This document shows positions 42,701 through 56,056 of a stretch of DNA of 64,000 nucleotides, piece after piece. Where the stretch lies: the NCBI RefSeq assembly GCF_964204645.1, contig NC_134029.1:21694950-21758949 (forward strand). Direction: 5' to 3'. This DNA comes from Tubulanus polymorphus. Lineage: Eukaryota; Animalia; Nemertea. Numbering within the stretch: the first letter of the stretch is position 1; each line of letters begins with the position of its first letter. The notes under the pieces are model-generated. The model had not been told where the DNA came from and searched no databases. It saw nothing but the letters and a program-made list of their open reading frames with translations. The position numbers and the translations under genes were made by a program.

Positions 42701-44299
42701 AATAATATTATAAATTCAAAGAATGTTTTACAGACTTTTCGACATCAATAATTAACCACTAAGAAATACATTCTTTTTATTATTTCAGGTGGCAGGAAAG
42801 AAAGGCGAGAGTCATTGATGGCGAGGGTCAATATCGAACGTACATTATTTCACCAAGAAACAAAGATTATAAGGAACTTAAGGGATTAATTTCACCAGAG
42901 AAATGTGACCACATTACAACAGCGAGCGTATGAATTTGCACGAGGCAAATTGAAAATTACCACTTTTATTGCATTGTGATTAATAAACTCAATATTATTA
43001 TCATTTACTGAATGGTTTTTCTTTTGAGTTTATTTTTCTTCTATCAGAGGACCGGCATCAATGATGACATTTTTGTAGGCTTAAGCAAAATTTAACGCTT
43101 AATGCGGAAAAAAGTGGCAGGTGGCAGTTTTTCACTCAGTGAATTGCTTTAATACCTAATCATGCCTTGTCTGACTTATCACAACTAGTATCCTCATGGA
43201 CAGACTTACCCTGTACGCATGATTTGATACCGACATACTCTGATCAAAATCAAAACTGGGATAAGAGTAAATTGGAACAAGAAACGAAATTCTAATATGG
43301 ACTTTCCTAAATTTACACGATGATGTACCGTTTAATCCAGTATCAAAATTAAAGAAAACAATTTGTTTTATTTTCGAATTATGAGTGGTAAGCATGAAGT
43401 TTTTGGCAGAATTTCAGAGGATCGGTGCTCCAAGTAATTAAAAAAGCCTAATATGTCTCCCCTCAATTGAATCGAAGGAGTTTTTTAATGAAAATCTGTC
43501 TATTGACGGGATTCTGTGATAACAGTATGAATGATGATTAATCGTGAATGCATGGTATTAGTGGGTTTTCCCCCAATGACTCAAATAGACCGCTTTCCTC
43601 GTGCATGGTGTGAGTTAGTTATCTCGGGTTGCATGAACTGTCCTTTCGTAGTTGTGACTGATAAACTAATTTCATTAGTAAATGTTTACGCGGTTTCTAT
43701 GATATGAAGACCTGTGTTGGTGTGAATCTTTAACTGAAGTGCTATCGGTCGGTATAATTCATAAATTATTCTAGAATTTAAAAAAAAAAACAAAACAGGC
43801 GCCGGCTAATAAATTCGGAAGTAGCTGTTGGGAATCAAGTAATTTATTTCATGGCCTTATTAAAGTTCCTCCACTATATTGTTCAGCTGACTACTGGCGC
43901 GTATTCAACCCGGCGGTGGAACCCCATAATGTAAATCCATTAACAATAGAGACACAATTGCGGGTTTTCAGAGTTGTCGATATCATTCTGACACGCGCTA
44001 TTGAATACGTCACCGGCTGAGCACGGTGTACACAAGCATAGACCATTCACCTCAGCTTACTCACACTGTGAACATGCTACCGTGGATTCTCCTCCTGGCG
44101 ATTTTCGCTGCGCTCCCGCTCCTGCTCCTGTTCCTGCTTCCTGAGGAACGACGTCTTTATGTTTTATGTGTTACTGTTTGTCTCTGTGCTGTCCTGTACT
44201 GTTCCGTGTTAATTAATCCGTTCTATTTTTCAGCAATTAACCCGTTTTGTTTTTCAGGGCCGATTTCTCTGTCGAATTTCAACGTTTGCTGGAACAAAA

Positions 44300-44375
44300 C
44301 TAATGTCCGAAAGCGTCGGCTCTCCTTCGCCGGTCATGTGTCGAGGATGTCAGACAAAGAGTCGGTCAGGAAATT
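44300..44375 (+). mobile_element. Non-LTR retrotransposon (RTE/L2-type) ORF2 C-terminal remnant
   Basis: Translates VRKRRLSFAGHVSRMSD, matching the RRLrW.GHV.RM motif found downstream of LINE reverse transcriptase domains. Confidence 0.6.
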
Positions 44376-44539
44376 CTGCCCTCTACACGCCCTCATACGG
44401 AACACGAAAACTAGGATGACGAGGCCTCACTGCCCCCACCTATCTACAAAGTGTGCTGAGTGATGTCAATGACGGGCATATCTGCGGGATTGCGCGGGAT
44501 ACAAATGGAGCGGTTATACTGGATTGTCACGCTACTAGC

Positions 44540-44802
44540 ATTCATTGTGTCCTTGTGACCGCCCGGATGAGGGATGATTCTACTGTCACGCTCTTTGTTT
44601 CTGGTATTCTGAGTCGGCTGAGGGATGATTCTACTGTCACGCTCTTTGATTTCTAGTTTGAGTGCTAGTTTTCATTGTGTCCTTGTGACAACCCCGGTCA
44701 GTGGATGAAGTCTCTCGTCGGCTTGTGAGTGCTAGTTTCATTGTGTCCTTGTGACAACCTCGGTCAGTGGATGAAGTCTCTTGTCACGCTTTTGAGTGCT
44801 AG
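44540..44802. repeat. Imperfect short tandem repeats
   Basis: cattgtgtccttgtgac x3, gagggatgattctactgtcacgctcttt x2, cggtcagtggatgaagtctc x2. Confidence 0.75.
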
Positions 44803-47800
44803 TTGAGATCCTGAATCTCAACCCGGTCAAGCTGGTTGTACTGCGCTATTTGTGTTTCGTGCAATTTTACAGGTGTGTCAGTTACTGACGTCGCCCAGTA
44901 CATCCTGCAGTTAGATGGGGAATGTGAGGCGTTGTCATTCTGGTTTTCGCGTTCTGTGTGAGGGCGTGTAGAGGGCAGTATATTCCTGGCTGGCTCATTG
45001 TCTGGTGTTCTCGGCATGTGACCGGGGACGGAGAGCTGAAAAGCTTTCAGACGTTAGTTTTGTTCCGTACCAGGTTTTCATCGCTCTTCTCTTTTTTTCA
45101 TTTCAGGACTCCCAAGATGAAGAAGAAGATGCTGAAGGTGACTACAACGAAGACGATGCCAAAAAAGAACACTGAACTCAGCAATATTGAAAGTTAAGTT
45201 GATACACATGTAAATTACGATGCGTGATACGGAAAGGATTGTGTAACTACAGAATATCGTTCTTTTACTCATTTCAGGTTAATCCGGAAAGGCCCATCTA
45301 AAATCTGCCCACCAGAAGTGCCCACAAAAGACTCCACCTTGAAGTACCACCAAACACGGAAAGACCTGCCGCAACCGAACCTGGCAGTCTTGACCTCATC
45401 CTGCATGGCAACAGGAATATATACATACATAAAGCTAAGTTGATTTTTCATATCTGGGGTAGAATGCATAGGCGTTGGTCAAGCTCACCATCTCCGCACT
45501 ACTTTATTGAAGCTCTGTGGCCGGTAGTAAATTGAAATATAGCTAGGGCAATGATTGCTTGAATATTTACAATATTAGACGAAATGATTGAGTGATGTTC
45601 CTTAAATATTCTTTGGTCTGATAATTAAAATGTAGATTGGTCAGTTATTGATTAAAAGATTTTGTAAGTACATACAATTAAGGTAAATTCAATATCTTAC
45701 GTGACATTTGAAATTATTCGAATGTACCGTAGATATTTCAGGCCTCATATGGCAATTGTTTAACTGACAATCAAGATATAGATAGGACAATTTACTAATT
45801 AGCAATCATTCAATATCTTGTAATGTTAGATGAGACATTCTTTTGGTGTAGATATTTCAAGGCCCCATATACATTTAGGCCGGCTTTACTTAAAGATATA
45901 TCAATTAAACTTTATCGTCGGTTAATAGATTTTTCTTTACAAATAATTATTGATAAATTTATAAAGATTGAGGCCATACTTTACAGTATATACTGTGTGC
46001 TGCCTCACACATAGTAGTAATGAATTTCATTAGATAGTGTCTAGGGCTCTATCGAGGTCTGGTGTTATATGGGGAAAACTATGGACTACGGGTCTTTATG
46101 AAACAGTGATTTGGTCTCAACACTTTGATAAATCCAGAAAAAACCAAAGCTTTAATTGATTTAATTCATTCCTGAAACACTGCGTCTTGTTTTGGGCGTT
46201 ACATGATAATTGTTGTTTGACTGACAATTAGCATACAGCCAGGAAAAATGGCTTAGATATTCACAATTAAGATGAATTCAATATTTGATGTTAGATCAAA
46301 AACTTTTTATATCATAAATATTTATTGAAATATAGCTGAAATATATAATATATTTGAGCACATCTATAAGTGAATCAGTCTCATTGACTGATCAGTTCTG
46401 TATCGCCAACTGCTGCGCTTACGACGACTAGCCATGCTTTTCATTATTGGCAAAATTTACTCAAACCTAACTGATTCAATTAATATCTAAAAGCCATACT
46501 GTGTGTCAAGTGACGCATATTAGATATAGTTTAACTGAAAATTAGAATCTAAGATGAATTACTCATTAACATATTACTTAGATCGATTAAGGTTAATTCA
46601 ATTGTTATGTGAAATTATTTCTAATTCCATGGACATTTAAAATGTAGCTGATACATGTGTTTCTGAGCACATTTATTTATCTGTATCTAAGTGAACCTAT
46701 GGTGTCTTCATACAGCTGTATTAGTTTTGATACGTATTGCCAAAATCATTTAACGCAGATTTACTTCCGATCGAATCTGTGCACAAATACATTCCTGGAT
46801 TTGGTAGGGGGAATATTTCAATTTCACTGTGTATGTCAGATTGAAAGCCTTATTCTGACAGGATATCCTAAACTTAGATCTTATTCCTCTTGCTAATAGC
46901 TCTCTTTTACTAACCCCTCTCCTTCAAACTATTTTCTAGCATCATGACTCGCACCGCACCAGGGAGGTCCGGTCATAACAAGGTCATTTGGTCCTTATAC
47001 ACAGTGTACTATATAAGGGAAATAAAGATTATATAGCCATTCGGCTAAGGGAATTTCTAATTTACCACTAAAAATATGCTATTTTATCTTTAATTTTTGA
47101 TGAATTCAAATAGTGACGAATTCACCACATCTGAAATTCTACTCATGTAGATTTTCAGGCTCCATATAAATATTGTTCAACTGACAATTAAAATATAGCT
47201 AGTATGATTACTAATTAATGGTTCGCTTAGATACCTAGAATTTAAATAAAATTAATTCAATGTAATGAATATAAGTGAAACTTATTCAAAATTGCACAGT
47301 GGATGAGACGACTGTATCGCGCAATGTCATCTGCGTCTAACTGGGCCACATGTGTGTGTGTGGGATCGGTTGAATCAGTTAGGTTTTGGGGGATTCTGGG
47401 TTAGTTAAGCTAGGTATCAAAAGCTCTGATGCAAAATTAGCAGTTCAAATAGTGATTAATTCAAATTCGTACCGGATCTGAAATTCTTCTTGTGTAGAAA
47501 TTTCAAGCCCCATATAAAATATTGTCCGAGACAATTTCAATTATAGCTAGGACATTATCAATTAACTAATTGATTAGGTATCTAATTCAGCATCTTCATA
47601 TAAGGTAAAGGTGCTCAAATCTAAACCATAGGGGTTGATAAGACCACTGTATTATTTAATATTGATTGATATATAAAGAATACTGGGTATGTTTTAACTC
47701 TGTCTCTTGTGCGTGGGATTTATTGAATCTTTAAGGCTTTGCAGAATTCTGGATTTGTCGAGTTGTGGAAATGATTCGAGGTTTCTTAAATCTGTAGAAC

Positions 47801-48644
47801 CATGTAACTTGTAGGATCAGTGTGTTCAATGCTGGCAGCGCATCAGTGTGCTCAATGCTGGCTGTGCACTCACTCTTCAGTTAGTTATCATAATTACAAA
47901 ATCATTGTATATGTTAGGAGCAATATTTAGAATTAATGAAATGGATTAGAATACCATTCACTGGGTACAGATGTCGCCATCTGTGGGTAGAAAACATCTC
48001 TTAAGTTTATTAACTGACGATGAAGTAAATTTGATGATACAAACATGGTTTAGCTGACAATCGAAATATATATAGGCCAATATTACTAGCAGGTTTGCAC
48101 TGTATGATGGGCCTGGGTTTCAATAAAAGACACATCAAGAATTTCAAGAAGATTGAAGAGAAAACAGTTCACAAACGATTTGATAAGATTGATTATGCAT
48201 TACTACATTTGTTGTAACTCTGGTATTCCTAGAGATGACTATAGATGCTTTAGTTGAATTGTTGTTAAACTATAATAATCAACCATTGCTTAGATATTTA
48301 GAATATAGATGAATTACTATATGAGTTGAATTTCATAAATATCATTTAAGACTATTTTTACAATCTACGTATCGATCCACATTGCTGATCTTATATATGA
48401 ATTGACATGATAATTATGATCAGGGATATTCGAAAGGATTTTCTGCTCAAAAGGTTCTGCTCTTTTCTTCAGCTTGCCGTTTCAGACTGATTGGAAGATA
48501 GTTTGAATGAACCGGAATCGAATTTCCCAATTATGTACTTCGATTTCAGACATACTCGAGAAAAACTACAATAAACTTTAAAAAATTAGACAAATTTAAA
48601 CGGTGAAAATGACAAAAAAAATTAAAGTTAGACAATATTCTCCC

Positions 48645-49620
48645 ACCTTAGTTACATGAAAAAAGACCAAATATTGTAAAATATAGTTATTTCCAAAATC
48701 TCGATGTATTAAATTAGGCAGAAAAAAATAGATAAAATTATTCAACCTTGTAAACTTTCGGACTAGTTACATGAAAAAGAGACCAAATATTGTAAAATAT
48801 AGTTATTTCCAAAATGTTGATGTATTAAATTAGGCAGAAAAAATAGATAAAATTATTCAACCTTGTAAACTTTCGGACTAGTTACATGAAAAAAAGACCA
48901 AATATTGTAAAATATAGTTATTTCCAAAATGTCGATGTATTTAATTAGGCAGAAAAAAAATAGACAAAATTATTCAACCTTGTAAACTTTCGGACTAGAT
49001 ACATGAAAAAAGACCAAATATTGTAAAATATAGTTATTTCAAAAATCTCGATGTATTTAATTAGACAGAAAAAAAATAGATAAAATTATTCAACCTTGTA
49101 AACTTTCGGACTAGTTACATGAAAAAAACACCAAATATTGTAAAATATAGTTATTACCGAAATGTCGATGTATTAAATTAGGCAGAAAAAAATAGATAAA
49201 ATTATTCAACCTTGTAAACTTTCGGACTAGTTACATGAAAAAAAGACCAAATATTGTAAAATATAGTTATTTCCAAAATCTCGATGTATTTAATTAGGCA
49301 GTAAAAAAATAGATAAAATTATTCAACCTTGTAAACTTTCGGACTAGTTACATGAAAAAAAGACCAATTATTGTAAAATATAGTTATTTCCAAAATCTCG
49401 ATGTATTAAATTAGGCAGAAAAAGAAAAAAGTTAACCCTAATCAGTCACTTAATATGTGCTTCGACTATTTAAACTGTGAAAACGACTAAAAAAATTGAA
49501 GTTAGACAAAATTATTAAACATTGTAAACTTTCGGACTAGTTACATAAAAAAAGACCAAATATTGTAAAATTATCTTCAACCTTGTAATATAGTTATTTC
49601 CAAAATCAGAATTAGGCAGA
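48645..49620. repeat. Satellite array, ~116-bp AT-rich monomer, ~7-8 copies
   Basis: ctagttacatgaaaaaagaccaaatattgtaaaatatagttatttcc..aaccttgtaaactttcgga at ~48649, 48763, 48878, 48995, 49111, 49227 and 49344, with a partial copy at 49537. Confidence 0.95.
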
Positions 49621-52600
49621 ATAAAAGATTGTTTGAATGAACTGGAACCGAATTACCAATTATGTTCTTGGACTTAAAAAAAAAAGATCTGTAAAAACGA
49701 CCGCCGATCACGCAACTATATCTGTACTTCGATTTCCGATTTTGAAAAACGGCAGGTGTGGTAGGTTTGTAAGGGACACCAACTCGAAAAGTCAAACGAG
49801 AGTTTGAGGTCAACAACTCATCAAAAATCTGCCGATTAGAGAACAGTGCACAGAAACCGACCGACTTAGGAGATCCTCGTCAATGATGAAACCAGCAATC
49901 ATAAAAGGTAACTTGATATACATGAAGTTATTACGATGATTTCTAAATGTCATGATTACAGGATATATCTATTTACTCATTGCAGCTAAGTTTCAACTAT
50001 AAGAAAGAGACCAGCTTAAAATCAACTACTCATCTGAAATCAACGGATTTGAAAAACCCACAGAAGAATCAAACTCATTAGATGGAAATTACCGGTATAT
50101 TGAAATTTCAGGCCTCATATGAATATCATTTGATAAGTGATTATCAACGAAATCTATTTACCTGTCCACATAGCTGATCTTAGAACTTTTATCTTTACTA
50201 GCTTAAACATTGATGAACTAGTCCTACTACTGCAATTATTTATTGGGGCTTAAATCGGCAATTGACGTCAATGAACCTAATTCTGATTTTGGAAATAACT
50301 ATATTAACTAAGTGAAAAACACGGTGGCTTGTAATTTGAAATGACATGTAAGTTATGATAAATCTGTCTGAAATGTTTTGCTTTCTTCACTTTGTTTTAG
50401 TCAAACTACATCCCGGAAATAATGGCCTGAAGAAGACACAAGTAGACAAATACCCATTGACCCATTTGCTGATGAAAACTGCAGAAGCCCAGATGAGAAG
50501 TTTAGGAGCCAGCGACGGATTAATCACTCAATGATGGAATCTTCTACAATCGGTGGTTGATTTCTATAAAACATTTTATCAGGAGCAGCAGAGATGATAG
50601 TGTATCTTATAAACACTGATTCGCGCAGCAAAGACAATGGATTATCTCATAAAATCTGATTCAGGATAAACACCGAAGCAGCAAAGACAATGGTTTATCT
50701 CTGAGATCTAGCACTGAGATCTAGCAGCGGCAAAGACCTCTGTAGTAAAGTATTGATTTTTTTACTAATATCACCCTTTTTCAGACCAGTCTGATAGGTA
50801 ACATAGTTTAAAAAATTTACCTGATTGCGTGGAATGGAGTATGAAAATAGTTTTTGAGTCGAATATTGAAAATATTTAGATAATTAGTTAGATAATTAGG
50901 TTCCGTCGGCCTGAGAAAGGAACTCTATGTTTGAATATTTCAATATAGAGAAAACTATTTTATAATGAGTTTGTAAAAAGATGTGTCATGTGTTTTGCAA
51001 TGTGACAGAAATATCCTTCTTAGAGTCTAATAAAAGCTAAGCTCCATTAATTCACGATATTGGTCTTCGATCTTTGGTTGATAGATAAGTCGAGTTAGGT
51101 TAGGTTGATATTTTCGAAGGCCCGTGTAACCAATTTGAGAAATGAATCATATATGTCGATTTTCACATGGAGTTTTAACTTTGAGCCTCCATCAATCTGT
51201 TCGATGCTACGTATTTGAAAGCAAAAGCTTTATCTAAAAGGAGACCATTATTTACATTTGAGAGGTAAAGCTAAAGTTATAGCTAGGACTAATTTTGAAC
51301 GTTTTAACATTGTTTATAGCTGTTTGAACTTCTTTTATTGTAATGGGTAAATCCATATCACGAGATGGCTCTCGTGAATAATCACTTAGCTTCAAATCGG
51401 GTGTATAATGATTATTAAGAAGCGGCAGTGAATTAGTAGTGCTTTTTTAAAATGGGCCCAGAACCTTACTGTGAAAAAATGCCTGCAGTTGTAAATAGAG
51501 GAGTATAAATAATACATGATACAAAATACAAGTACATGAATAAATAAGAAAAACCAATAAATAAAAAATAATAAATAATAAATAGTAAATAATACAAAAT
51601 ACAAGTTCATAAATAAATGAAAAATATTTAAAAAAAATAGATATAATAATAAGCAACGATACAAACAAACAACAAATCAATACTCTATTTACATGAAAAG
51701 GCATTTTTTCAAATATTTATCAATAAGGTTTTCTCATTTATCGAACAACCTTCCCTAGGTATAGCGAAAACCCGAGATCTTTTCTGTTGTTGTTTTTAGC
51801 ATTCTATCAACTCAGTTATTGTAATAAACAAAACAAATAACCATAAACCTTAACTAAATCAAACACACTAAAAAATATCTGTTTCGATAGAATGCTTCTA
51901 ATAACTGATTAAAGATCATGCGTCCATTTACCTATAAATCACACCCTATCACTGCTGTAACTGTTAATTGTTTAAGGGATAATATCTGGGAGATACATTT
52001 TATTCTTTTTTAGAAAGAAACAGCTATAAACGTGATTAGTTATCGACAGTAAAATTATTGTCATGTTTTCCCTGAAATAACGTTGTATTAAATGAGCGAA
52101 CTGATAATGTTTGAAAATCTCAGGCAAAGTTAGAATAACTCTAGTTATCTTGAAAAATTCTAGTTATCTTGGAAAATAATTTTAATGAAAATGAAAATAA
52201 AGATTGATTAGCTAATCTCAAGCTTTCCAGAGTTAATCTTTAGGTTTTATCTCTGATTTTAATGCTTTTATGTTGAACTGTTTTTTTTTCAAATGCAGTT
52301 CACCCATTGGTAAACGAAGAACTGATAATTCCTCGAATACAAAGCAAAGTTTGCAAAATTTCAGTTTTCTTGTAAAAATAATGTTAATGAAATGAAATTA
52401 GAGATTGATTATTTGAATGAATTTGTGGTTTTATGTCCAGCTTTAAAATGTTTATACGCTGGAGATATGTTTTGCAGTTTTTGTTTTACAGTTTTTTGTA
52501 TAAACAGAAATCTTTTGCTGTAAAGTTGATATGATAGAATGCTTCATATTTCATGAAATAATCAAGTGTCACTTATGCCCGGTGACATCATGAAATGTCA

Positions 52601-53071
52601 AATTAATAGTCTTAGACATTCAGACTAGTCCCAATTGTCGATGGTTTATGGATCAAAGTTTACAATTCTTTGTGTAATTTCGTTATTTTCCTATTGATTC
52701 AAATTGTTTGAATCAGTTGCAGTGGAAATTTGAATAAAAACCTTGAAATACCTTGCATGATATGTGATATTAAAAGCTAGTAATCTTATTATTGAATAAT
52801 CTAAGTCATTATTATAAGGCTAAAAATGATACCTTGTTTTTCCTGATCAGTCGGGTCATTTCATAAATCAACGAAATTTGTAATCAGTTAATTTCTATCG
52901 GCTGGGTCTGTTATGGTTAGCTTGATCATGATTTTAAAGTAATACCTTGGTAGATAGGTGGCTGGCCGGGTCAAATTCTAAAGAGTAAAAATGTAAATCA
53001 GATTGATTCATTAAATCTTACGCTTTCCAGAGTATTTGGCCAGGTTTATCTCTGGTTTTAGTGCGGGGAGC

Positions 53072-53183
53072 CATGGACTTGAGAGTCCATGGTTGTGGGC
53101 CATAGGCGTTTCTGTTTTAGAGTCTATGGTTGGACCATGGATGTATAAACTCTAGTTTATAGTTTATACGCCCATGGTTGGAC
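53072..53183. mobile_element. Chain of three tiny CAT..ATG foldbacks, the last with a perfect 7-bp TSD
   Basis: catggacttgagagtccatg (53072-91); catagg..tctatg (53101-28); gttggac|catggatgtataaact..agtttatacgcccatg|gttggac (53136-76). Confidence 0.6.
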
Positions 53184-53895
53184 TGTTTTTGAAATACAGT
53201 CCACGTGTTTGAGGAGCTTACGTTATAATTCCTCGAGCACAAACCTGGCATTTTGTATAATTGTTGTACACTGTATGAGAATAAATATGATTGAAATTTT
53301 TTATCGGTTTAGCTACTCTGAACTTTGTTAGTTCACCAGTCAGTGGTTTTTTGTTATCTTGCAATCCACCTCTTTTTTCAACCCAATATTCTCACCAACA
53401 TTGTGCGGAGGCGAGGATGTCCGGAAAACATGATAATCGAATATTGGCAATACAGCTTACCACTTCAACCCGGACACACTAACACTTGTTGACCGGTTAG
53501 AAGCGAGTGTTGAGCTGCCGAAAAGTAATTACGAAATTAGCAATCTTTTTGATTGTCACTGTAGCCATCAGGGGCGGATCCAGACCGTATTGCCCAATAC
53601 ATTGTTTGTACGGTCTAAAATTTAAGTGCCCTTCGGCAATATTTTGTGACGGCATATATATTTCACCACCCGCTAATTTGATATTTGCACTGATGATCGG
53701 TTTGATTTTTATATACAGAAGCAGAGTCCTGAATAGTTAACTTTGCCTTTAAAAGTGGCACCCAGTATCCTTCTTTTGGTGTTAACATTACATGATTAAT
53801 TACATGAGATTTGTGTTTCTCTTGTAAAAATCATTGTTTTTATTTTCTTCATGCTTTCGGTAAATGTAGCCGATGACCTCCTGATCGTCTCTAAA

Positions 53896-56056
53896 GTTCG
53901 AACCCAGTAATTACTGATACTGGTTCAGAGTGGCCCTGATGCTGAATAGAGGATGTACGGGGGTGTCCCGGGTTCAAACCCAGTAATTACTGATACTGAT
54001 TCGGAGTGATACTGATGCTGAATAGAGGATGTACAGGGGTATCCCGGGTTCAAACCCATCAATGACTCTGATTAAGAGTGGTCCTGATGGATAAAGGATG
54101 AACAGGGGTGTCCTGGGTTCGAACCCAGTAATTACTGATGCTGATTCAGAGTGGTTCTGATGCTGAATAGAGGATGTACGGGGGTGTCCCGGGTTCAAAC
54201 CCATCAATTGCTGTGATTCAGAGTGGTCCTGATGGATAAAAGATGAACAGGGGTGTCCCGCGTTCAAACCCATCAATTACTGTGATTCAGAGTGGTCGTG
54301 ATGGATAAAGGATGAACAGGGGTGTCCCAGGTTCGAACACAGTAATTACTGATACTGGTTCAGAGTGGTACTGATGCTGAATAGAGGATGTACAGGGGTG
54401 TCCTGGGTTCAAACCCAGTAATTACTGATACTGATTCAGAGTTGTCCTGATGTTGAATAAAGGATGTACAGGGGTGTCCAGACCGTACAGTGCTGCCGCT
54501 ATGCTCATCGTTAGCGGGATTTTCATACACTAACTAAAGTCAACTCTGGCAATCGATGTGCTGTCCAGTTATACTCCGTGACCTTGGCTTGCCAGAGTTG
54601 ACTAACGTTAGTGTATAAAAATCCCGCTAACGATGAGCGTAGAGACAGCACCGTACGGTAAAAATGTTGATATCTTAACAAAAGAAATTACTGATAACTG
54701 ATTCAGAGCGGTACTGATGCTGAATAAGGGATGTACGGGGATGTCCCGGGTTTGAACCCAGTAATTACTAATACTGATTCAGAGTGGTCCTGATGGATAA
54801 AGGATGAACAGGGGTGTCCCGGGTTCGAACCCAGTAATTACTGATGCTGATTCAGAGTGGTTCTGATGCTGAATAGAGGATGTACGGGGGTGTCCCGGGT
54901 TCAAACCCAGTAATTACTGATACTGATTCAGAGTGGTTCTGATGCTGAATAGAGGAAGTACAGGGGTATCCCGGGTTCAAACCCATCAATTGCTGTGATT
55001 CAGAGTGGTCCTGATGGATAAAAGATGAACAGGGGTGTCCCGCGTTCAAACCCATCAATTGCTGTGATTCAGAGTGGTCGTGATGGATAAAGGATGAACA
55101 GGGGTGTCCCAGGTTCGAACACAGTAATTACTGATACTGGTTCAGAGTGGTACTGATGCTGAATAGAGGATGTACAGGGGTGTTCTGGGTTCAAACCCAG
55201 TAATTACTGATACTGATTCAGAGTTGTCCTGATGTTGAATAAAGGATGTACAGGGGTGTCCAGACCGTACAGTGCTGCCGCTATACTCATCGTTAGCGGG
55301 ATTTTCATACACTAACTAAAGTCAACTCTGGCAATCGACGTGCTGTCCAGTTATACTCCGTGACCTTAGCTTGCCAGAGTTGACTAACGTTAGTGTATAA
55401 AAATCCCGCTAACGATGAGCGTAGAGACAGCACCGTACGGTAAAAATGTTGATATCTTAACAAAAGAAATTACTGATAACTGATTCAGAGCGGTACTGAT
55501 GCTGAATAAGGGATGTACGGGGATGTCCCGGGTTCGAACCCAGTAATTACTTATACTGATTCAGAGTGGTCCTGATGCTGAATAGAGGATGTACAGGGGT
55601 GTCCTGGGTTCAAACCCAGTAATTACTGATACTGATTCAGAGTTGTCCTGATGTTGAATAAAGGATGTACAGGGGTGTCTAGACCGTACAGTGCTGCCGC
55701 TATGCTCATCGTTAGCGGGATTTTCATACACTAACTAAAGTCAACTCTGGCAATCGACGTGCTGTCCAGTTATACTCCGTGACCTTAGCTTGCCAGAGTT
55801 GACTAACGTTAGTGTATAAAAATCCCGCTAACGATGAGCGTAGAGACAGCACCGTACGGTAAAAATGTTGATATCTTAACAAAAGAAATTACTGATAACT
55901 GATTCAGAGCGGTACTGATGCTGAATAAGGGATGTACGGGGATGTCCCGGGTTCGAACCCAGTAATTACTTATACTGATTCAGAGTGGTCCTGATGCTGA
56001 ATGGAGGATGTACGGGGGTGTCCCGGGTTCAAACCCAGTAATTACTGATACTGATA
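53896..56056 (+). repeat. Minisatellite of 76/69-bp tRNA-like units with three embedded foldbacks
   Basis: Unit ..tggttcagagtggt(a/c)ctgatgctgaatagaggatgtacgggggtgtcccgggttc(g/a)aacccagtaattactgatac; measured periods are 76 and 69 bp. Confidence 0.95.
54482..54659. mobile_element. 178-bp foldback/MITE (~71-bp arms); also at 55264-55441, 55683-55860 and 61749-61926
   Basis: accgtacagtgctgccgctatgctcatcgttagcgggattttcatacactaac..gtcaactctggcaa is inverted by ttgccagagttgac..gttagtgtataaaaatcccgctaacgatgagcgtagagacagcaccgtacggt. Confidence 0.85.

Noticed and set aside
44026-44463. 145-aa membrane-protein ORF
   Set aside because: It is a chimera of pyrimidine-rich simple sequence and a LINE remnant, with a non-ATG start.
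51392-51704. Hydrophobic ORFs
   Set aside because: Artefacts of an A-rich low-complexity tract.
53974-55058. ORFs within the minisatellite (MMGLNAGHP...)
   Set aside because: These are repeat translations; the 76-bp unit is not a multiple of 3 and stops are frequent.
53896-56056. CRISPR-like array or functional tRNA cluster
   Set aside because: There are no unique spacers and no cas genes, the context is eukaryotic, and no full cloverleaf or anticodon arm can be built.
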